DNA of 37,051 nt from an uncultured Bacilli bacterium (GTDB lineage: Bacteria > Bacillota_I > Bacilli_A > RF39 > UBA660). The stretch covers positions 1 to 37,051 of the forward strand of contig CANQAO010000001.1 in assembly GCA_947589375.1 (NCBI GenBank), read 5' to 3'. The position numbers and the translations under genes are program-made. The notes under the pieces were generated by a model that had not been told where the DNA came from, did no database searches, and saw nothing but the letters and a program-made list of their open reading frames with translations. The stretch's first letter is position 1; the number at the start of each line of letters is the position of its first letter. Positions 18,765 through 29,100 of this stretch are shown piece by piece.

Positions 18765-18810
18765 TATAATATATTTGCTTTTTTATAATAAATAAGCTAT
18801 TATTATTAAT

Positions 18811-18883
18811 GGCACAACATTTATATCCGAAACAGGTCAGGATCGGAAGATAGCAGCCTTAAAGATCTCTGAATGTGTGTGCC
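18811..18883 (+). ncRNA. ffs: Small (4.5S-type) signal recognition particle RNA
   Basis: ggcacaaca... pairs with ...tgtgtgtgcc to form a long hairpin. The apical domain IV, cAGGTCAGGAtCGGAAGAtAGCAGCC, matches the universal SRP RNA motif CAGGUCAGGUCCGGAAGGAAGCAGCC with a GGAA tetraloop. It is followed by ttttatt. Confidence 0.85.
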
Positions 18884-18901
18884 TTTTATTATGGTGATAG
18901 T

Positions 18902-19306
18902 ATGAATAAATATATGAAATTAGCTTTTAAAGAAGCGGAAAAAGCTTTAAAAACAGATGATGTTCCCGTAGGAGCAGTAATAGTTGAAAAAGGAAAAATA
19001 TTGGCAAAAGCTCATAATACCAAAGAAAAAAAACAAATGGTAACTAGGCATGCCGAAATAAATGCTATAGAAAAAGCTTGTCAAAAAAAACATTGTTGGT
19101 ATTTAAATGATTGTGTTATGTATATAACATTAGAGCCTTGTAAAATGTGTATGGGCGCAATCGAACAAGCGCGAATAAAAAAAATAATATATGCCACCAA
19201 ACGTGAAAAAAAAGTAAATAATATTTTTCCACAAATTACACAAGGTGAAGGTGAAAACGAAGCGCGAAATTTATTAAAATCCTTTTTTGAAAATAAGAGA
19301 AAATAG
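18902..19306 (+). CDS. tadA: tRNA-specific adenosine deaminase TadA
   Basis: CDA fold motifs HAE (RHAEINAIE) and PCxxC (LEPCKMCMGAI). The start is placed at MNKYMKLAFKEA because the longer track ORF (18875) would overlap ffs. Confidence 0.9.
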   Translation: MNKYMKLAFKEAEKALKTDDVPVGAVIVEKGKILAKAHNTKEKKQMVTRHAEINAIEKACQKKHCWYLNDCVMYITLEPCKMCMGAIEQARIKKIIYATKREKKVNNIFPQITQGEGENEARNLLKSFFENKRK

Positions 19307-19373
19307 TGTAAAGTTATTTTCTTTTATTTTCGATAAATGATATAATTAGATTAGTGTTTAGAAGGTGATAAAG

Positions 19374-21116
19374 GTGTATCAAGCATTATATAGAAAATAT
19401 CGTCCAAAAACTTTATCCGAAATTAGTGGACAGGATGTAATTGTAAAAATAATTCAAAATTCTATTCAAAATAATCATATTAACCATGCTTATTTATTTG
19501 CCGGTCCAAGAGGTACTGGAAAAACAAGTATTGCGAAAATATTCGCTAAAATGGTTAATTGTGAAAATTTAATCGAACAAGGTCCTTGCGGACATTGTGT
19601 TAGTTGTACACAAAGCAATAATAGCGATATTGTGGAAATAGATGCCGCTTCGAATAATGGTGTTGACGAGATAAGAGAATTAAGGAATAAAGTTAGTTTA
19701 GTTCCATCTTATAGTAAATATAAAGTATATATAATAGATGAAGTCCATATGCTGACGACGGGAGCTTTTAACGCTTTACTTAAAACCTTAGAAGAGCCAC
19801 CAGGACATGTAATCTTTATTTTGGCGACAACCGATCCTCATAAAATACCAGAAACTATTTTATCTAGATGTCAACGTTTAGACTTTAAAAAAGTCAGTGA
19901 AGAGAGCATTGTTAAACGTTTAAAACAAATAGCTGAAGCTGAAAAAATCGATGTTGAAGAATTAGCTTTAAAAGAAATAGCGCGATTATCAGATGGTGGA
20001 ATGCGTGATTCCATTGGCATGTTAGATCAAGCTGTTGCTTATGCTGAAGGAAAAATATCGGCAAAAGATATACATGATATTAACGGAACCTTGACAGCGG
20101 AAACACTAAAAACTTTAATTAATGTAATAATTACAGGGGAAATCGACGAAGTTTTTAAAATTGTTAATAAATTTAACGAAGAAGGTAAGAATTTTGTCAA
20201 ATTAACAGAAGAAATTATTACTTTTATGCAAAATATGTTATTATTTCAAAAGGCTCCTAGCTTTTTTAAATCAATTGAAAAAGAATATGATTTATATAAA
20301 GATGTTTCTCAAAAAACAAATTCTGAAGATATCTTAGGCTATATTTTGGTTTTAAATAAGTTTTTATCGGAAATGAAAACTACTAATAATCCAAAATTAT
20401 TACTTGAATTAGCATTAATTCAAATAATGAATAAAGAAGATATGGTAAATAGAGTTATCCATATCGATAGTACCAAGGAAAAACAGAATGAAGAAAAAAA
20501 TAATCAAGAAAAAATAGAAATAAAACCTGAAGTCAAAATAGAAGAGAAAATAAAAACAGAACCTGAAGCAAAAGAAGAACAAATAGAAAAGAAAACTGAA
20601 GAAAAAAGTGAAGATAAAAAAGACAAGCCTTTAATGGTGCCAAAAAAAGAAAAAGAAGATAATAAACAGCTAATGGAATTAAAAAATATAAGAATAAATA
20701 ATACTTTAGCTAAATTTTCTAAACAAAAAATGATAGCGGTTAAAAAAGAATTAGAAAAATTAAATGATTATATGTTAGATACCGATATTAATTCTTTTAT
20801 TGAAATAATATTAGATGGAATGTTAAAAGCCGCTAGTGACGATAATTTAATTTTTGTTTATAAAAATGAAAGAACAGCTAAATTATTTAATGATAATATT
20901 TTAAATATTGAAAAAGCTATTCATAAAGCTTTAAAATATAATTATAAAGTAATTGCCACGGATATAAATGATTGGGAACAAATAAAAACTGAGTTCAATG
21001 GCAAGAAGAAAACTTACCAATATACTGAAGAAACTAAAGAAATGTTAGAATCACTTAATAAGAAAAAAAAGGAAACTGAATTTAACGAATTTAAAGATAT
21101 AATCGAATATAATTAG
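19374..21116 (+). CDS. dnaX: DNA polymerase III subunit tau (DnaX)
   Basis: YQALYRKYRP N-terminus, Walker A GPRGTGKTS, a Zn module CxxCxxC, DEVHML and SRCQ. A K/E-rich linker lies at aa ~370-430. The start is probably the GTG at 19374 (after AAGGTGA); the track ORF starts at the GTG at 19365. Confidence 0.95.
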   Translation: MYQALYRKYRPKTLSEISGQDVIVKIIQNSIQNNHINHAYLFAGPRGTGKTSIAKIFAKMVNCENLIEQGPCGHCVSCTQSNNSDIVEIDAASNNGVDEIRELRNKVSLVPSYSKYKVYIIDEVHMLTTGAFNALLKTLEEPPGHVIFILATTDPHKIPETILSRCQRLDFKKVSEESIVKRLKQIAEAEKIDVEELALKEIARLSDGGMRDSIGMLDQAVAYAEGKISAKDIHDINGTLTAETLKTLINVIITGEIDEVFKIVNKFNEEGKNFVKLTEEIITFMQNMLLFQKAPSFFKSIEKEYDLYKDVSQKTNSEDILGYILVLNKFLSEMKTTNNPKLLLELALIQIMNKEDMVNRVIHIDSTKEKQNEEKNNQEKIEIKPEVKIEEKIKTEPEAKEEQIEKKTEEKSEDKKDKPLMVPKKEKEDNKQLMELKNIRINNTLAKFSKQKMIAVKKELEKLNDYMLDTDINSFIEIILDGMLKAASDDNLIFVYKNERTAKLFNDNILNIEKAIHKALKYNYKVIATDINDWEQIKTEFNGKKKTYQYTEETKEMLESLNKKKKETEFNEFKDIIEYN

Positions 21117-21127
21117 GAGGGATAATA

Positions 21128-21424
21128 ATGAATATACAAGCAATGATGAAACAAGCACAAAAAATGCAAAAGGATATGATGAATTCTAAAGAAGAAATTG
21201 ATAATATGACCTTTGAAGGCAAATCTTCTTTAGTAACTATCACAATGAAAGGAACAAAAGAAATAACTAAAGTTAAAATTGATGCCGAGCAAATTGAAAA
21301 TGATGAAATTGAAATGTTAGAGGATATGATTTTAGTTGCTGTTAATGAAGCTAGTAAAAAAGTCGATGAAACAACCGAAGAAAAAATGGGAAAATATACG
21401 CAAGGAATGCCAGGTTTATTTTAA
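21128..21424 (+). CDS. ybaB: YbaB/EbfC family nucleoid-associated protein
   Basis: 98 aa with an MMKQAQKMQ N-terminus and a GMPGLF C-terminus, in the conserved dnaX-ybaB-recR order. Confidence 0.92.
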   Translation: MNIQAMMKQAQKMQKDMMNSKEEIDNMTFEGKSSLVTITMKGTKEITKVKIDAEQIENDEIEMLEDMILVAVNEASKKVDETTEEKMGKYTQGMPGLF

Positions 21425-22020
21425 TGTATCCAAAGACTATTAATAATTTAATTGAATGTTTTAAAAAATTTCCAGGAATAGGCGAGAAAACAGCTGAACG
21501 TCTCGCTCTTTCATGTTTAGAAATGGATGACGAAACAATTGAAACGTTTTCTAAATCTTTAAAAGACAGTAAAACTAAAATAAAAAAATGTAAGATATGT
21601 GGTAATCTATCAGAAGAAGATGAGTGTTCAATTTGTAAAGATCCATCACGTGATAAACATTTATTATGTGTTGTTGAAGAAAGTAAAAACATAATTTTAT
21701 TCGAAAAAATTGGAACATTTAATGGTGTCTATCATGTTTTAAATGGTCTAATTTCCCCACTAGATGGCATCAACCCTGAAGACATAAACATTGCTTCACT
21801 GATTAAACGAATTGAAACTGATGAAATTAAAGAAGTTATTTTAGCTGTGAAACCAACAGTTGAAGGGGAAACTACGGCTTTATATATTAAAAAAATGTTA
21901 GAAGGAAAACCCGTAATCATTTCCAAAATAGCGCATGGGATACCAATCGGTGCCGATATGGATTACATTGATTCTTTGACCTTAGAAATAGCTTTATCTG
22001 AGCGTAGCCAAATTTCATAA
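21424..22020 (+). CDS. recR: Recombination protein RecR
   Basis: 198 aa with an HhH region (FPGIGEKTAERLA), a C4 zinc finger (CKICGN...CSIC) and a Toprim domain. Confidence 0.95.
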   Translation: MYPKTINNLIECFKKFPGIGEKTAERLALSCLEMDDETIETFSKSLKDSKTKIKKCKICGNLSEEDECSICKDPSRDKHLLCVVEESKNIILFEKIGTFNGVYHVLNGLISPLDGINPEDINIASLIKRIETDEIKEVILAVKPTVEGETTALYIKKMLEGKPVIISKIAHGIPIGADMDYIDSLTLEIALSERSQIS

Positions 22021-22059
22021 AACATCAGGCAAAAATATATAATATACCAGAGGTGTATT

Positions 22060-22245
22060 ATGCTTGATAGAATAACAAATATTTTAAAAAAAATAATCGT
22101 CGGTTTTTTAATGTTATATGGTTATAATCTATTAGTACCTTCAGCCGCGATAATTCCAATTAATGTTATAACGGTAATTTTACTTACTATTTTTGGCTTG
22201 CCAGGGCTAATCTTTTTAATTATAATTAAATTAATCGTGTATTAG
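22060..22245 (+). CDS. bofA: BofA-family small membrane protein (pro-sigmaK processing inhibitor-like)
   Basis: 61 aa with two TM segments. The motif IPINVITVILLTIFGLPGLIFLIIIK resembles the BofA C-terminal half (VPINLVT...GILGIPGIAALVVIK). It follows recR as in Bacillus. Confidence 0.65.
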   Translation: MLDRITNILKKIIVGFLMLYGYNLLVPSAAIIPINVITVILLTIFGLPGLIFLIIIKLIVY

Positions 22246-22256
22246 AGGGATGAATT

Positions 22257-23201
22257 ATGTTAGATGAATATCAAAAAAAGCAACCTATAATTTATAAAAT
22301 TTTAAAAAACGCCGTTAATAAAGATAAGCCATCACATGCTTATCTCTTTGAAACTAATGGTTTTTACGATAGTTATAATTTAATTATGGCTTTTGCAAAA
22401 GCTTTACTATGCCCAAATAAATATACCAATGAAGAAAAATGTCAAAATTGCCATCAATGTCATGTAATCGATCATGGTAATTTCCCGGAAATAAAAACAA
22501 TTAAACCAGAAGGTTTATGGATTAAAAAAGAAGAGCTGCAAAGTTTACAAGCCGAATTTAGTAAAAAAGCTATTATTGGCAATAAGAAAATATATATAAT
22601 TAAAGAGGCCGATAAATTAAACAAGCAAGCGGCTAATTCAATATTAAAATTTTTAGAAGAACCCGAAGAAGGCATTATTGCTATTTTAATGACCGAAAAT
22701 ATTTACAATGTTTTAGAAACCATTAGATCAAGATGTCAGATTTTAACCTTAAAAGAGGATAGTCAAACAGAAAATGTGAATGATACATTAAGTAAAATAG
22801 GCCAAATATTATACGAAAAAAAAGAATTAACCGAAGAAGAACAAGAAAAAATAGAAAAAATTTTGAAATTTATAAAACATTATGAAACAAATCATTTAGA
22901 CACCCTTTTATATACCCAAAAATTGTGGCATGATTATATTAAAACTAAAGAAGATTTAGAAAAAGCTTTTAATTTAATGATTTTATTTTACAAAGACCTT
23001 TTAAATTATTTAAATAATTTAAAAATAGAAATTTTTGATAGTTATGAACCATTAATTAAAGAGATTGCTTTAAAAAATACTTTAAATGATGTTTGTTATA
23101 AAATAAATATCTTGACAGAATTTAAAGAAAAGATAAAATATAATGCAAACACATTATTGTTAATGGACAAGCTGATTATAACTTTAGAAAGGAGGGATTA
23201 A
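22257..23201 (+). CDS. holB: DNA polymerase III subunit delta'
   Basis: 314 aa with SHAYLFE, a Cys cluster CxxCxxCxxI and the SRCQ sensor motif. Confidence 0.9.
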   Translation: MLDEYQKKQPIIYKILKNAVNKDKPSHAYLFETNGFYDSYNLIMAFAKALLCPNKYTNEEKCQNCHQCHVIDHGNFPEIKTIKPEGLWIKKEELQSLQAEFSKKAIIGNKKIYIIKEADKLNKQAANSILKFLEEPEEGIIAILMTENIYNVLETIRSRCQILTLKEDSQTENVNDTLSKIGQILYEKKELTEEEQEKIEKILKFIKHYETNHLDTLLYTQKLWHDYIKTKEDLEKAFNLMILFYKDLLNYLNNLKIEIFDSYEPLIKEIALKNTLNDVCYKINILTEFKEKIKYNANTLLLMDKLIITLERRD

Positions 23202-23202
23202 G

Positions 23203-23994
23203 TTGAAAGAGGTCGTAGGTATTTCAATTAATGATATGGGCAGAGTTTATTATTTTGATCCAAATGGATTTGAACTCAAAAAAAATGTTACCGTTATCGT
23301 GGAAACTGATCAAGGTTATCAATTTGGAAAAGTAGTTAGAGAAAAATTTGCCATTAATCTTCATGATTTAAAAAGTCCTTTAAAACAAGTTATCAGAATT
23401 TCTACTAAAGATGATTATCATAAACATTTAAAAAACCTTAAAGAGGCTAAAACAGCGTTAGTTAAATGTCAAAAATTAGCTGATGAAAAAAATTTACAAA
23501 TGAAAATTATGGATGCTAGCTATACTTTTGATCGGGATAAATTAATTTTTCGTTTTTTAGCGGATAATCGTGTTGACTTTCGTGAGTTAGCTAAAGAATT
23601 AGCTTCTATTTATAAAGTCCGTATTGAATTAAGACAAATAGGCGTACGTGATAAAGCCAAAGAAGTTGGCGGGTGTGGTTTATGTGGTCAAAAATTATGC
23701 TGCTCAAGATTTTTAAAAGATTTAGATGCCGTGTCAATTAATATGGCCAAAAACCAAAATCTTTCTTTAAATCCTTCGAAGATAAATGGGGTTTGTGGCA
23801 GACTTCTTTGCTGTTTAAAATATGAAGATGAAGAATATAAAGAATGTCGTCATGGGATGAAAAAAATTGGCGACAAAGTAAAAACAGAATTTGGTGAAGG
23901 AAAAATTATTGGTTTAGAAATTTTAAAACAACAATATAAAGTAGATGTTGAAGACCATGGAATTATTATGGTCGATAGAGAAGCATGCAAGTAA
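23203..23994 (+). CDS. ricT: PSP1-domain protein RicT/YaaT (stage 0 sporulation / RNase Y regulatory complex component)
   Basis: 263 aa (TTG start after AGGAGGG) with a PSP1 C-terminal domain and the Cys cluster GGCGLCGQKLCC...CGRLLCCL. It follows holB as in Bacillus. Confidence 0.88.
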   Translation: MKEVVGISINDMGRVYYFDPNGFELKKNVTVIVETDQGYQFGKVVREKFAINLHDLKSPLKQVIRISTKDDYHKHLKNLKEAKTALVKCQKLADEKNLQMKIMDASYTFDRDKLIFRFLADNRVDFRELAKELASIYKVRIELRQIGVRDKAKEVGGCGLCGQKLCCSRFLKDLDAVSINMAKNQNLSLNPSKINGVCGRLLCCLKYEDEEYKECRHGMKKIGDKVKTEFGEGKIIGLEILKQQYKVDVEDHGIIMVDREACK

Positions 23995-24704
23995 TCAATT
24001 ATTTACTCGGTTATAAAAATTTAAAAATATATCAGGATACAGATATGTTTAATTTTTCTTTGGATTCTGTTTTACTTCCGAATTTTATAACTTTAAATAA
24101 AAAGGTCAAAAACATTTTAGATATTGGTACTGGTAATGCACCAATACCTTTAATTTTAAGTACTAAAACGGAAGCGAAAATAATTGGGGTCGAAATTCAA
24201 AAAGAGGTAAGTTTACTCGCCAAAAAATCAGTTAAATTAAATAAATTAGAAAAGCAAATTGAAATCATTACTGGGGACATTAATGAAATTGCCCAAACTT
24301 TACCTAAAAATCATTTTGATATTATAACTTCGAACCCACCTTTTTTTGAGCTAAATGAAAATTCACATTTAAACGACAAAGAATATAAAACCTTAGCTCG
24401 TCATGAAGTAACTTTAAATATTAACGAGCTTTGTCAAATTGCTAAAAGTCTTTTGAAAAATGGTGGCACTCTAGCGCTTGTTCATAGGCCCGAGCGCTTA
24501 CTTGATATTTTAAAGGTTATGCGGGAAAATAACATTGAACCGAAAAAAATAAAATTTGTGCATCCTAAAAAAAACAAAAATGCGAATATTGTTTTAATTG
24601 AGGGAGTGCTTAATGGTAAAAAAGGCCTAAAAGTCACTTCCCCACTTATTAGTCATAAAGCCAATGGCGAATATACCGATGAAATAAAAAAATATTTTGA
24701 ATAG
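23985..24704 (+). CDS. tRNA1(Val) (adenine37-N6)-methyltransferase-like protein (YabB/TrmN6 family)
   Basis: 239 aa with the SAM motif LDIGTGNA and the N6-adenine MTase motif NPPFF. It overlaps the ricT 3' end by 10 nt. Confidence 0.8.
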   Translation: MQVINYLLGYKNLKIYQDTDMFNFSLDSVLLPNFITLNKKVKNILDIGTGNAPIPLILSTKTEAKIIGVEIQKEVSLLAKKSVKLNKLEKQIEIITGDINEIAQTLPKNHFDIITSNPPFFELNENSHLNDKEYKTLARHEVTLNINELCQIAKSLLKNGGTLALVHRPERLLDILKVMRENNIEPKKIKFVHPKKNKNANIVLIEGVLNGKKGLKVTSPLISHKANGEYTDEIKKYFE

Positions 24705-24712
24705 GTGATTTT

Positions 24713-25555
24713 ATGAAGCAAAAAAGTTATGATGGAATGCCTACTTTATATCTGGTCCCAACTCCGATTGGTAATTTAGAAGATATTACTTATAGGGCGA
24801 TTACTATTCTAAAAAGTGTTGATGTTATTTTTGCTGAAGATACGAGAGTAACTCGTGAATTATTAAATAAATTTGACATTAAGAAAAAATTAATTTCCAG
24901 TCATTTATATAATGAAAATAACAATCAAGAAAAAGAAATAGAATATTTAGAAGATAATAAAAATATTGCGATTGTAAGTGATAGAGGGACACCAGTTATC
25001 AGTGATCCCGGCTATATTTTAGTTAAAGAAGCTATTTCAAAAGGCTATAATGTGGTGTGTCTGCCAGGGCCAACCGCTTTAATTCCCGCTTTAGTGATGT
25101 CAGGACTTGGCGATGGACCCTTTACTTTTTATGGCTTTTTAAACAGTAAAGAAAGTAAACGAAAAAAAGAATTAGAAGCCTTAAAAGATCATAAATTTAC
25201 TTTGATTTTTTATGAAGCTCCGCATCGTCTTTTAAAAACCATGCAAAATATAAAGGAAATTTTTGGCAATCGAGAAATCGCCATTGTTAGAGAAATTAGT
25301 AAAAAATATGAAGAAGTAATTAGAGGTAAAGTGGAAACCATCATTTCTAAACTAGAAAATATTAAAGGCGAAATAGTTATTGTCGTTGAAGGTAATAAGG
25401 AAGAAAAAGATTTTAGTGATTTATCAATTATGGATCATATTAATATTTATTTAAAAGAAGGTAAAAATAGTAAAGAAGCGATTAAACTAGTGGCTAAAGA
25501 TCGTCATTTGGCTAAAAGTGAAGTCTATAATATCTATCACAAAAAGGAGGAATAA
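24713..25555 (+). CDS. rsmI: 16S rRNA (cytidine1402-2'-O)-methyltransferase RsmI
   Basis: 280 aa, tetrapyrrole-methylase fold, with LYLVPTPIGNLEDIT, AEDTR and FYEAPHR. Confidence 0.93.
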   Translation: MKQKSYDGMPTLYLVPTPIGNLEDITYRAITILKSVDVIFAEDTRVTRELLNKFDIKKKLISSHLYNENNNQEKEIEYLEDNKNIAIVSDRGTPVISDPGYILVKEAISKGYNVVCLPGPTALIPALVMSGLGDGPFTFYGFLNSKESKRKKELEALKDHKFTLIFYEAPHRLLKTMQNIKEIFGNREIAIVREISKKYEEVIRGKVETIISKLENIKGEIVIVVEGNKEEKDFSDLSIMDHINIYLKEGKNSKEAIKLVAKDRHLAKSEVYNIYHKKEE

Positions 25556-25556
25556 A

Positions 25557-26126
25557 ATGAAACTTATTGTAGGTCTTGGTAATCCTGGTAAAGAGTATGA
25601 AAACACCAGACATAATGCCGGATATAGATTTATTGATGCTTATGCTCAAAGTAAAAATTTAAAATTTGATAAAAACAAATTTAACGGTACCTATACAGAA
25701 TTTAAGCACCATAATGAAAAAGTTATCCTTCTAAAGCCTGAAAAATATATGAATTTATCGGGTGAAGTAATTAAAGACTTCGTGAGTTTTTTCAAAATCG
25801 ATCTTGAAGATATATTAATTATTTGTGATGATTTAGATACCGAAAAAGGAAAAATAAAAATAAAATATAAAGGTTCATCTGGGGGACATAATGGCCTTAA
25901 AAATATCGAAAACAATTTAAAAACCCAAGCATATAAACGAATAAAAATAGGAATTTCAAACAATAACGATAGCGATAAAATCGATTATGTTATTGGTAAA
26001 GTTTCTAAAAGTGAATTAGAAAAAATAAATATAGTAAATGCGAAAGCCGAAAACATTATCGACGATTATTTAGATATGTCATTTGATAAATTAATGAATA
26101 AATATAACAAAAAGGAATCATTATGA
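25557..26126 (+). CDS. pth: Peptidyl-tRNA hydrolase
   Basis: MKLIVGLGNPG...TRHNAG N-terminus plus GGHNGLK. The start is placed at the ATG after AAGGAGG. The TGA stop overlaps the mfd ATG (ATGA). Confidence 0.95.
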   Translation: MKLIVGLGNPGKEYENTRHNAGYRFIDAYAQSKNLKFDKNKFNGTYTEFKHHNEKVILLKPEKYMNLSGEVIKDFVSFFKIDLEDILIICDDLDTEKGKIKIKYKGSSGGHNGLKNIENNLKTQAYKRIKIGISNNNDSDKIDYVIGKVSKSELEKINIVNAKAENIIDDYLDMSFDKLMNKYNKKESL

Positions 26127-29100
26127 GTTTTTTTGAAAATATATTTACCAATGATAAAGCTAAAGAAATCGTCGGACTTAATACCGAATTAAAAAGCATT
26201 TATACATATAATTTATTTAAAAAAGAAAAGAAAAATATTCTTTTAGTAACTTCTAATTTACATGAGGCCAGTAAACTTTATACTTCACTTACCCACTATA
26301 CTGATAAAGTATGGTTTTTTCCGATGGATGATTTTTTAACTAGTGAAGCTATTGCGGTTTCTCCCGAATTTAAAAGTACAAGATTAGAAACCATCAATAA
26401 TATCTTAAATAACGATAAAAATATTATTGTCGCTAATTTAATGGGTTACTTACGTTTTTTACCTCCTAAACAAAATTTTGAACAAAGTTTTTTAAAATTA
26501 AAAATAAATAAAGAATATGATATGTCAAAATTAGTCGAAAATTTATTTAAGTTAGGTTATAAACGCGAAGACCTTGTTAATATGACTGGGGAAATAGCGG
26601 TTAGAGGTTTTGTTTTAGATATTTTTCCAATTAATTATGATAAACCAATTAGATTAGAGTTTTGGGGCGATGAAATTAGTTCAATAAAAACATTTAATGT
26701 CGATAACCAACGAACAATTGAAGAAATTAAAGAAATTACTATTTATCCTAATACGGAATTTTTAATTGATCAGGATCCTTTTGAAATTCCTTATCGCGAT
26801 ATGTATAAATATACCAAGGTTACGAATATTGGTGGCTATTTAGATAATAAAATAACTATTTATGATAATTATAATGATTTAAAAAACAATTATCAGTTTT
26901 TAATGGAAGAAGTTTTTGAATATAATATTAGTTTAGATCGCTCTAAAGACACAAAATATATGAATTCTTTTGAAGAAGTCGCGGAAAAAGACCCAATTAT
27001 CTTTGAAACTTTCCTTCAAAAAGAAAATGTAAAAAACACACAAATATTAAAAAATGTTGATATTCCATCATTTAAGTTAAATAAAGAAGCTATCAATAAT
27101 TTTTTGAATAATTCTTTAGACAAAGGTAAAAAGGTTATAGTTTGTTTAGATAATCGTTATCAAATTAATAAAATTACCGAATTTTTAAACAATAAAAATA
27201 TTATTTATACAAATGAAAATAAAATTTTTGATCAAAAAATCAATTTAATTGTAAAAAAAATCAGTAGTGGTTTTATGACTGATGAATATGTGGTGTTGTC
27301 AAAAAAAGAATTGTTTGGAGAAAAAGAAGACAATGCTTATAAAACCAAGTTTAGATATGGTTCGAGAATCAAAGATATTTCCAAATTAGAAATTGGTGAT
27401 TATGTCGTTCATGGAACCCATGGAATTGGGAAATATTTAGGGATAAAAACGATTGTTAAAAATGGATTAAAAAAAGATTATTTAACGATTGAATATCGGG
27501 ATAGTGATAAATTATATATTCCCGTAGAGAAAATTGAACTTATTTCTAAATTTTCCGGTAAAGAAGGAGTAGTTCCCAAAATAAACAAATTAGGTAGTCA
27601 CGAATGGGAAAAAACTAAAGCGAAAGCGCGCAAAAAAGCTTTTGATATGGCTGAAGATTTATTAAAGTTATATGCATTAAGGGAATCTAAACAAGGTTTT
27701 GCTTTTGCGAAAGACACGGAAGAACAAATTGAATTTGAAAAAGAATTTGAATATGAAGAAACTTTAGATCAAATAAGAGTAACTGAGGAAATTAAAAAAG
27801 ATATGGAAAGTATAAAACCGATGGATCGACTTTTATGTGGTGATGTTGGTTATGGTAAAACCGAAGTAGCTTTTCGGGCAATTTTTAAATGTATTTTATC
27901 TAATAAACAAGCGGCTATTTTATGTCCAACCACGATTTTATCTTCCCAGCACTATCAAAATGCTTTAAAACGTTTTTCCTCATTTCCAATTAATATTGCC
28001 TTATTAAATAGATTTGTTTCTAGTAAAGAAACTAAAAAAATAATTCAAAATTTAAAAGAAGGCAAAATAGATTTATTAATCGGAACACACCGAATATTAA
28101 GTGATGACATTGACTTTAAAGATTTAGGCCTTTTAGTTATCGATGAAGAACAACGTTTTGGTGTTAAGCATAAAGAAAAAATAAAACAATATAAAAACAA
28201 TATTGACGTTTTAACCTTATCGGCAACGCCAATTCCACGAACGCTGCAAATGTCGATAGCTGGACTTCGCAGTTTATCGATGATTGAAACGCCACCTGTT
28301 AATAGATATCCAATTCAAACTTATGTCCTTGCGGAAAATAATCAAATTATTAAAGAAGCTATTTATAAGGAATTATCAAGGAATGGTCAAGCGTTTATTT
28401 TATTTAACCGAATTCAAAATATCGAATCGAAATTAAGAGAAATTGAGGCTTTAGTTCCCGATGCGAAAATAAAATTTGCCCATGGCAAAATGGATAAAAA
28501 TGAATTAGAAAAAGTTATGCTGGAATTTAATAATAAAGAATTTGATGTGCTTTTATGTACGACGATTATCGAAACCGGTATTGATATTCCTTCGGTTAAT
28601 ACTTTAATTATTATTGATGCCGATAATTTTGGTCTATCGCAACTTTATCAAATTAGAGGTCGTATTGGTCGTAGTAATAAAATAGCTTATTGTTATTTAA
28701 TGTATAATCAAAATAAAGTTTTATCAGAAGTAGCTACTAAGAGATTAAAAGTGATTAAAGATTTTACCCAGTTAGGTAGTGGTTTTGCGATTGCGATGCG
28801 CGATTTATCAATTAGAGGTGCTGGGGATATTTTAGGTAGTGAACAAGCTGGTTTTATTGATAGTATTGGTATTGAGTTATTTTTAGAAATGCTTAATGAA
28901 GAGATTCAAAAATTAAAAGGGCAAGAGATAAAACCAGTAGTTTTAGACGAAAGGCCACCATTAATTGACGTCGAAACTTCTATTAGTGATGATTATGTTA
29001 GTGAAGAAGATTTAAAAATTGAAATCCATAAAAAAATTAATACGATTGATTCTTATGATAAATTAATTGAGGTTAAAAATGAAATTGAAGATAGATTTGG

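Larger units (their letters stand above)
18515..18800. repeat. Tandem repeat unit C plus the degenerate start of a fourth unit
   Basis: Full unit with parS-6, parS-7 and parS-8. The sequence after parS-8 (atataatatatttgctttttt...) resembles the ataggatatatttacttttt that opens the body of each unit. Confidence 0.85.

Noticed and set aside
18030-18800. Could the repeat array be a CRISPR array or an IS/MITE cluster?
   Set aside because: The spacers between the palindromes are themselves repeated, so whole 227-258-bp units are duplicated. The palindrome has no loop and equals parS. There are no cas genes, no transposase and no terminal inverted repeats with target duplications. It is a tandem duplication, not a CRISPR array or mobile element.
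20480-20660. A-rich runs and the K/E-rich stretch in dnaX as a possible programmed frameshift site (tau/gamma as in E. coli)
   Set aside because: I could not identify a slippery heptamer followed by a stabilising structure and a nearby out-of-frame stop. The A-runs are explained by Lys/Glu codons in a low-complexity linker, and gamma production by frameshifting is not a general Bacillota feature.
26124-26126. Mollicute-type genetic code (TGA = Trp), considered because of the very low GC content
   Set aside because: All large conserved proteins translate full-length under the standard code. TGA ends pth, and the distal dut frame, at the expected positions.
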